Part shown: positions 56,709 to 64,000 of the stretch, one piece after another | Position numbering within the stretch: position 1 is the stretch's first letter | Layout of the letters: each line of letters begins with the position of its first letter | Source of the DNA: the human T2T-CHM13v2.0 reference genome, Homo sapiens | DNA: 64,000 nt | NCBI RefSeq assembly: GCF_009914755.1 | Contig: NC_060938.1 | Strand: one strand, 5' to 3' | Notes under the pieces: generated by a model | Told to the model about the DNA's origin: nothing | Databases searched by the model: none | The model's input: only the letters and a program-made list of their open reading frames with translations | Made by a program: the position numbers and the translations under genes

Positions 56709-57412
56709 AAAATGTGGTACATATACACAATTAATTACTATTCAGCCATAAAAAAGAATGAAATCTTGTAATCTGCAACAACATGGATGAAACTGAAGGA
56801 CATTATGTTAAGTGAAATAAGCCAGGCACAGAAAGGCAAATTTTGCATGTTCTCATTCATATGTGAGAGCTAACAAAAAAAAATGGACTCATGGAGATAG
56901 ACAGTAAAATGATGGTTGCCAAAAGCCTGGAACAGTAACGAGGAGAGGGAGATAAAGAGGAGATGGTAATGGTTAAAAAAGAAATACAGTTAGATAGAAG
57001 AAATAAGATCTAGTATTTGGTAGCACAATAAGTGACTATAGTTAACAATAATTTATTGTATATTTCAAAATAACTAAAAGAATGGAATTGGAATGTCCCT
57101 ATCGTAATACAATTGATGAATGCATAAGGTAGTGGATACCCCAAATACTCTGATTTGATTCTTACACATTATATACTTGTATCAAAATACCACATATACC
57201 CCATAAATATGTACAACTATTATGTATTCATAATAATTAAAACTTTTAAAAAATAAACAATATACTTTAAAAGGAAATCATCAAAAATATATTCATCGTT
57301 TGAGGTATTTTTTTCTTAAAATGCTATCCATGTTACGGATACATTTGAGTGTTGAGCAAAAAATTGGCAGACTAGTAAGGGAAATAGAGATAGTGATTTA
57401 AAATCTCTGAAG

Positions 57413-57749
<337 letters not shown>

Positions 57750-59810
57750 TTAGACTTTTGAGTTGTTTTTCAACTATTGAATTAGTTACGCAAAAGAATA
57801 ACAAATAATTGGGGTACATTTTTCTTGCTTGGATGTAAATGCAATCTCAATGCTGTTTTTTTTTTTTAAACAGGTATCATTTGGTTATCTTTTTCTTTTT
57901 CTTTTCATCCAAGAATATTTTTGGAGATCTTCAGAGCACTTTATCATTGTATCAATCCTTCAGTATGCCTGCAGAATCCCCAGGAGTTCCATTCCCAGCT
58001 GGCAAGCAGACATTCTAAGAATTTGCGCTGAGTTTAAATCTGATTTACCAGACTTACAAAGCTTTCACAGAAATGCAAAAATAAAATATTATTTTTGTTA
58101 CATTACTTTTGTTCAAAGAAATTAATAAACATATGTATATGATATTCATCATTATCAGGCAATAGGAAAATAGTAATTATGATTCTTGAATGTATTTCTT
58201 AGGTTATTTGGCATAGTCTTTGAATAATTAATAAAAATGCATTAGATATAGACTATAATAAAAATTAAAAATGTTATTTTATGCTATGAATTGAAGAACA
58301 ATACTGAATGTGATTCAGCTATATGTGATATTATCACTTCTAATATTTTTTCTCAGTAATTGTACATGAGTATTATAGTTTTAAATTTAGAAAATAGAAT
58401 GTCTGAATAATTTTCAAACAAATGGTCTTGGACTACTGATTTGAAAATTAAGGAATGGCATAGAAAAAATAGCTTGCGGCAGTTCTGTAAAAAAGACCTA
58501 TAAATGTCTAACAATACTATCATCTGGCTGATGCTATTTTGTAATAATATAGTCTACCTTTAAACAATAAACATTAGACAGAAATCACATATACATTCAA
58601 GTTTCCCTAATAATGTAGATTACTCTTTATTCGTATAACACAAAGAACCTATAGGTTTGGGACTAACATGATGAAAATGAAAATGTTGAAATACATATTT
58701 ATATAATATTGGGAGCTTAATAAGTGCTCAAATATGGGTATTAGAGTTATAAGAGTGCCAAGAGGAAACCTTACCCAGAAGACAAGTAGGAAGGCACCAG
58801 TGAAAGTTTCCAGAAAGAAGAGGCATCAAAACTGACATATAAACAAAATCAAAGATTAAATTCCATGTATAGAAAAGGGCATAAGAGAACATCCAGATGT
58901 GAAAAAGAGCATAGAGAGTTTTAGAAATGAAAACAAAAAACAAACAAACCCAGTGAGACTGGATTATAGAGTTGTATGTGAGAGGATGAAGGCTTTCAGG
59001 AGACTGACCTGAAAAGATAAAGAGTTCAAAAGAAGTCTTTGTATATTTTGACTTCTATGGTATCTTTAGTTATCTATTTCTGTACCTTTTATCTGTTTTA
59101 TATTTTTCTGGAATTGATATGATGAACTTTAAAAAATAATCGTATGTGTTTTTAATTATTTAATTTTGTATTTTCAAATATTATTTTAACTTTTGGGAGA
59201 GTTCTGAGATTTTATCTCATATCTTTTATTCTGTTAAGGATATTGTCATCTTTTTAATTTCTGAGAGTCTAAACATTCTTTGTATGTTTACTTTTTATTG
59301 CATAGGCAGTAAATTTTTATATCTTTGCTTTACTTTTATCAAGCAATATATGAACAGCATTTTCTAAATTAATGGAAATAAAATATTTAAAACAAAAAGT
59401 CAAGAACGTTCTAGTGATGCCTTTTCACTATTCCAGAGGCTCACCTCTCATCTGCAGCATAGACTCAGCTTTTTATTTTCATATTTCCATATATCTGAAT
59501 AACATATACTGTTATCTTTTGATTCATCAATTTTGGAAAAGAATATTGACTTTCTGTGATGGTAGATAAGTATCTAGATCTTTGATGTCATTCTTTCTAC
59601 TTTTATTTTCCCATTATACTTCTACAGTTATATTAAATTTTAGTAAAGTCAATATTGAATGCCTATACTATCATGTTTGCTCAAATATTACTCATAGCTG
59701 AACACTTTAGTGTGCTGCAATTATGTCTCTTTAATACTTTTTGGTTTAGCTAATACTTGCCTTGTTTTATAATTTAGTCAATATCTTTGCACCCAGTGAA
59801 AATTGATGGA

Positions 59811-61726
59811 TGTATTAATTTTTTAGGTCAGCCATAACAATGTTACCTCAAACTAGGTGGCTTAAAATAACAGAAATGTATTGTCTCACAGTTCTGGAGG
59901 CCAGAAATTCAAAAGCAAGCATTCCTTCCTCAGGGCCATGCTCCCTCTAAAACCTGTAGGGAGGGCTACAGTAACCAAAACAGCATGGTACTGGTACAAA
60001 AACAGACACACAGACCAATGTAACAGGCTAGAGAGCCCAGAAATAAGGCCATACACCTACAACTATCTGATCTTCAAAAAACCTGACAAAAATAAGCAAT
60101 GGGAAAAAGATTCACCATTCAATAAATGATGCTTGGAAAACTGGCTAGCCATATGCAGAAAATTGAAATTGGACCCCTTCCTTACACCATATACAAAAAC
60201 TAACTCAAGATGGATTAAAGACTTAAATATAAAACCCCAAACTGTAAAAACCCTGGAAGACAACCTAGGCAATACCATTCAGGACATAGGCATAGGCAAA
60301 AATTTTGTGATGAAGATGCCAAAATAAATTGCAGCAAAGGCAAAAACTGACAAATTGTATCTAATTAAACTACAGAGCTTCTGCACTGCAAAGGAAACTA
60401 TCAACAGAATGAGCAGACAACCTACAGAATGGGAAGAAAAATTGCAAACTAAGGTCAATACCTGGATCTAATATAAGCAACTTAAACAAATTTAAAAGAA
60501 AAAGCAAACAACCCCATTAAAAAGTGGACAAAGGACATGAACAGACACTTCTCAAAAGAAGACATATACGTGGCCAACAAGCATATCAAAAAAGCTCAAC
60601 ATCGTTGATTATTAGAGAAATGCAAGCCAAAACCACAATGAGATACTGTCTCATGCCAGTCAGAATGGCTATTATTAAAAAGTCAAAAAATAACAGTTGT
60701 TAATGAGCTTGTGGAGAAAAAGGAATGCTTATTCCCTGTTGGTGGGAGTGTAAATTAGTTCAACCATTGGGGAAGACAGTGTGGCGATTCCTAAGACCTA
60801 AAGACAGAAATACTGTTTGACCCAGCAATCCCATTAGTGGGTATATACCCAAAGAAACAGAAATAGTTCTATTATAAAAACACATGTACATGTATGTTCA
60901 TTTCAGCACTATTCACAATAGCAAAGACATGGAATAAACCCAAATACTCCGCAAAATCATGGAATCAACATAAATACTCATTATAAACTGGACAAAGACA
61001 ATGTGATATATCTATACCATGGAATACTATGCAGCCATAAAAAATGAGATCATATCCTTTGCAGGGACATGGATGGAGCTGGAGGTAATTATCTTTAGCA
61101 AACTAACAAGGGAACAGAAAACCAAATATTGCATGTTCTTACTTATAAATGGGAACTAAATGAGGAAAACACATGGACATATAGAGGGGAACACACACTG
61201 GGGCATATTGGAGGGTGAAGGGTGGAAGGAGGGAGAGGATCAGGAAAAATAACTAATGTGTACTAGGCTTAATACCTGAGTGATGAAATAATCTGTACAA
61301 CAAATCTCCATGACACAAGTTTAACCATGCAAAAACCTGCACATCCTGTACATGTACCCCTGAACTTAAAACAAAAGTTTATAAAGAAAAAACAACAACA
61401 GGGGAGAATCCTTCCTTGCCTCCTCCTAGCTTCTAGGGGTTTGTGTTCATTCCTTGGCTTGCAGCTGCAGCACTTCAAACTTTACCTCCTTCATCACAGG
61501 GCATTCTGCCCCAAATCTGCCACTCCTGTGTCTGTGTCTCTTTTCTTCGTATAATGACACTTGTCATATTGGATTAAGGGCCCACCCTACTTCAGTATGA
61601 CCTCAACTTAACTACATATGCAACAACTCTATTTCTAAATAAGGTCACATTTTGAGGTGCTGAGGGTTAGGACTTCAGCATATTTTTCTTTGAGAGTGGG
61701 GAGGGGACACAATTTAATCCATAACA
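59811..61726 (-). mobile_element. MLT1B/C MaLR LTR split by an L1
   Basis: Left half 'ggtggcttaaaataacagaaatgtattgtctcacagttctggagg'. Right half 'gagaatccttccttgcctc..ggggacacaatttaatccataaca'. Confidence 0.85.
59964..61400 (+). mobile_element. 5'-truncated L1PA13/14-like
   Basis: ORF2 '[31 protein letters not shown]'. 3'UTR 'gagaggatcaggaaaaataactaatg'. Confidence 0.9.
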
Positions 61727-61965
61727 ATAAATGTTCATTTTTTTTCCCTCTTGGAAACTTTTCCTTTGGGAATCTCAATTCTCCTATCTGAATTACTTTC
61801 TCTTGGGTATGTTGCACAACTATTATCCTGGGAAATTTTTCTGCTGTTATCTTGGGAAATTCTCTGTGTCCTTCTCCTGAATTGGATTATAGGGGTCTCA
61901 TAATTTTTTCCAGTGGCTTAATCATGTCTGTCTCATGATTCACATTTTCTCTAATTAAACAGCGA

Positions 61966-61985
61966 CAGCAGCAGCAGCAGCAGCA
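61966..61985. repeat. (CAG)6 short tandem repeat
   Basis: cagcagcagcagcagcagca. Confidence 0.9.
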
Positions 61986-61999
61986 AAATAAAGAGCTCA

Positions 62000-63890
62000 C
62001 TAGCACAACTGGCATAAGTGAAGAGGAAATTAATTAGCAGTTATGTCAACAGGAAAAATTCTTTCCAAGTGCCAACAATGAGAAAAGTAAATAGAAAACA
62101 TGGAAGGAAAGTCAAGAGCCTGAGAGATAATTCTAGAAATGACAATATCCAGCAAATAGAACTTTCAGAAAGACAAAACAGGAAATGAACATAAGGTAAA
62201 CCTCAAGGAAACAATCGAGGGAAAGTGTTCAAAACTAAATAATGTCACATCCTCAAACTAGAAGAATCCTCCTAAGTTATAAGTAACATTAAAAAGATCA
62301 GTACAGTCTCTGGAGAAATATCAGAACATATAAGGTGTGATGAGACTATCTTAAATGCTTCCAAAGAGAAAATATATGTTGTAAGATATTGCCAAAGTTA
62401 TCAACAAAACTAGTTTTAAAAATAAAATTATGTACTCACTCTACTATTAAATGTGAGGTCAAAATAAAGACACTTTTGGACATTTAAATTATCAGAAAAT
62501 TTACCATACTTAATCTAGAAGAATTACGAAATGAAGATAAATGCCAATAAATATTTAAGTATTAAATATTAAAATCAATATTAATATGGTATAAAATAAA
62601 CAATTATAAATTATTAATATCAATTAAATCAAGTTAAATAGTGATTATAAAAACATAATAATAGTTTTAATGTCACATTTATATAGCATCATTATTGGAG
62701 ATGGAGAAGCGGAAAAAGGCGGGGAGCATGGAAAGAATGTTAACCTTTGGTCTAGTTCTGAATAGAAAAATCAGACACTCATTGACCCCGTAATGTTAAT
62801 ATTTTTAAGGATAATTAGGGAAATAGAGATTAAAAACACAGCTTCTAAAATATTAGAAAGTAGAGTAATAGAACAAAAAGTTAACATGACTTGCGTAAGA
62901 AGACACAAGAATGAGAAAACCCATGAAAAGAAAGCCTGTGGTATAGAAAACAATAAAATGGTAACATGTATTAAAGTATATCACAAATCATGGTATGTGT
63001 AAATACCTTAAACTTACCTATTAAAAAGTAGACATGATTATATCAGTAAAAACCAACAAGCTTGCAACAACAACAACAGAGAAACAAATAAAGGCAATTG
63101 ATGAGGGCCCCAATAAAACAAAATTAGAATAGAATATTGACTATGAAGGGATAAAAAGCATACTAAATGAATGACAAAAATAGAAATATAACAATACGGC
63201 AGACTGAGGAGAAGTCAAGGCAAAAAATTAAAGGGAGAAATGAGAGACATAAAAATAAAATTTTAGTACTACCAACAAAGTTATGAGATACATTTGAAGA
63301 AACTGTTTACGAAGTATAAGAATTTTTTACAAAATTATAGTACCTGCCAGGTGTGGTGGGTCATGTCTATAATCTCAGCACTTTGGGAGGCCTACGTGGG
63401 AGGATCACTTGAGCCCAGGAGTTCAAAACCAGCCTGGGCAACATAATGAGGCCCTGTCTGTACAAAACAAAACAAATAAAACAAAAATAGAAAAGTTTAA
63501 TATACCTCCTCAGAAATCAAGTGATCAAAATGATAAAAATTAATGTATGGAGGAAGTGAGTAACACATCAATACATTTGATAGGACAACATATATAGAAT
63601 TCTCTATTTCCCCCAAAAAAGGCACATCTTTCTCAGAAGCACATGGAATATTGATAAAGAGTGACATATTGTATCATAAAGTTAATATGAATAAATAGCA
63701 AAGTAATTTGAATAGTATAGACCAGATAACATTATCATTTAACTTTTAATATTTTAGAGCTATTGCTCTAGTGAAGTCACAAAAATTAAATTACTAGTTC
63801 AAACTAGAAATATACATTATCATGTATTAAAAACATTTAAATTATATTTCTGCAAGCAGCATTTAATATACTAATGTCACAATAACATTT
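62000..63890 (+). mobile_element. Degraded L1M ORF1-ORF2 start region
   Basis: A-rich. 'taaacttacctattaaaaag', 'cacatctttctcagaagcacatggaatatt'. Confidence 0.55.
63345..63487 (+). mobile_element. Alu left monomer (FLAM-C-like)
   Basis: Single arm 'gggaggatcacttgagcccaggagttc' plus A-rich tail. Confidence 0.85.
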
Positions 63891-63903
63891 AAAAATTTAT
63901 GAA

Positions 63904-64000
63904 GGAGGAGCCAAGATGGCCGAATAGGAACAGCTCCGGTCTACAGCTCCCAGCGTGAGCGACGCAGAAGACGGTGATTTCTGCATTTCCATCTGAGGTA
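63904..64000 (+). mobile_element. 5' end of L1HS (Ta-1d-type), continues beyond the window
   Basis: ggaggagccaagatggccgaataggaacagctccggtctacagctcccagcgtgagcgacgcagaagacggtgatttctgcatttccatctgaggta shows no visible departure from the recalled L1HS 5'UTR. CpGs are intact. Confidence 0.95.
63911..63922 (+). promoter_or_regulatory. YY1 site of the L1 internal promoter
   Basis: Intact 'ccaagatggccg'. Confidence 0.85.

Larger units (their letters stand above)
54535..57255 (+). mobile_element. L1MA (MA2-4-like) ORF2 3' part and 3'UTR, host to two nested L1 3' ends
   Basis: ORF 54889-55278 contains '[17 protein letters not shown]'. L1MA 3'UTR 'gttagatagaagaaataagatctagtatttg'. Confidence 0.9.

Noticed and set aside
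57829-58125. 98-aa ORF or possible exon after a pyrimidine tract
   Set aside because: No recognisable protein similarity and no convincing acceptor-donor pair. Cannot be supported without transcript data.
61966-61985. (CAG)6 as an expansion-type locus
   Set aside because: Short, and not in any supported exon.

Overview
Primate, almost certainly human, AT-rich and CpG-depleted non-coding DNA dominated by transposon fossils: LINE-1 of many ages, about 11 Alu-family elements, MaLR/ERVL/ERVK LTRs, MIR, L2, CR1 and Tigger/hAT DNA transposons. I cannot support any cellular protein-coding gene, RNA gene or CpG island. The ORF-track ORFs are L1, Alu or LTR fragments, or chance. The informative signal is structural. 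(1) A twin-primed (5'-inverted) old L1PA (6540-15203) hosts a decayed full-length L1PA (8317-14949). That inner L1 carries a perfect 91-bp tandem duplication containing a non-L1 hairpin insert, plus an in-frame 54-bp duplication. (2) A perfect 219-bp inverted duplication of mostly unique DNA (17592-17810 / 19104-19322) lies next to an older 132-bp direct duplication. (3) An ERV-L-type integrase fossil (36450-37425), missed as such by the ORF track, is split by a four-arm Alu. (4) A ~200-bp L1 has a micro-inversion and a perfect TSD. (5) Three L1 3' ends are stacked at one site. (6) The window ends in the intact 5' end of an L1HS with the Ta-1d-type single-G deletion, a candidate polymorphic or active element. 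Subfamily names come from recalled consensus motifs, not alignments, and boundaries of old repeats are approximate. I see no evidence for a new functional biological system. The best candidates are records of templated DNA-repair or retrotransposition events.
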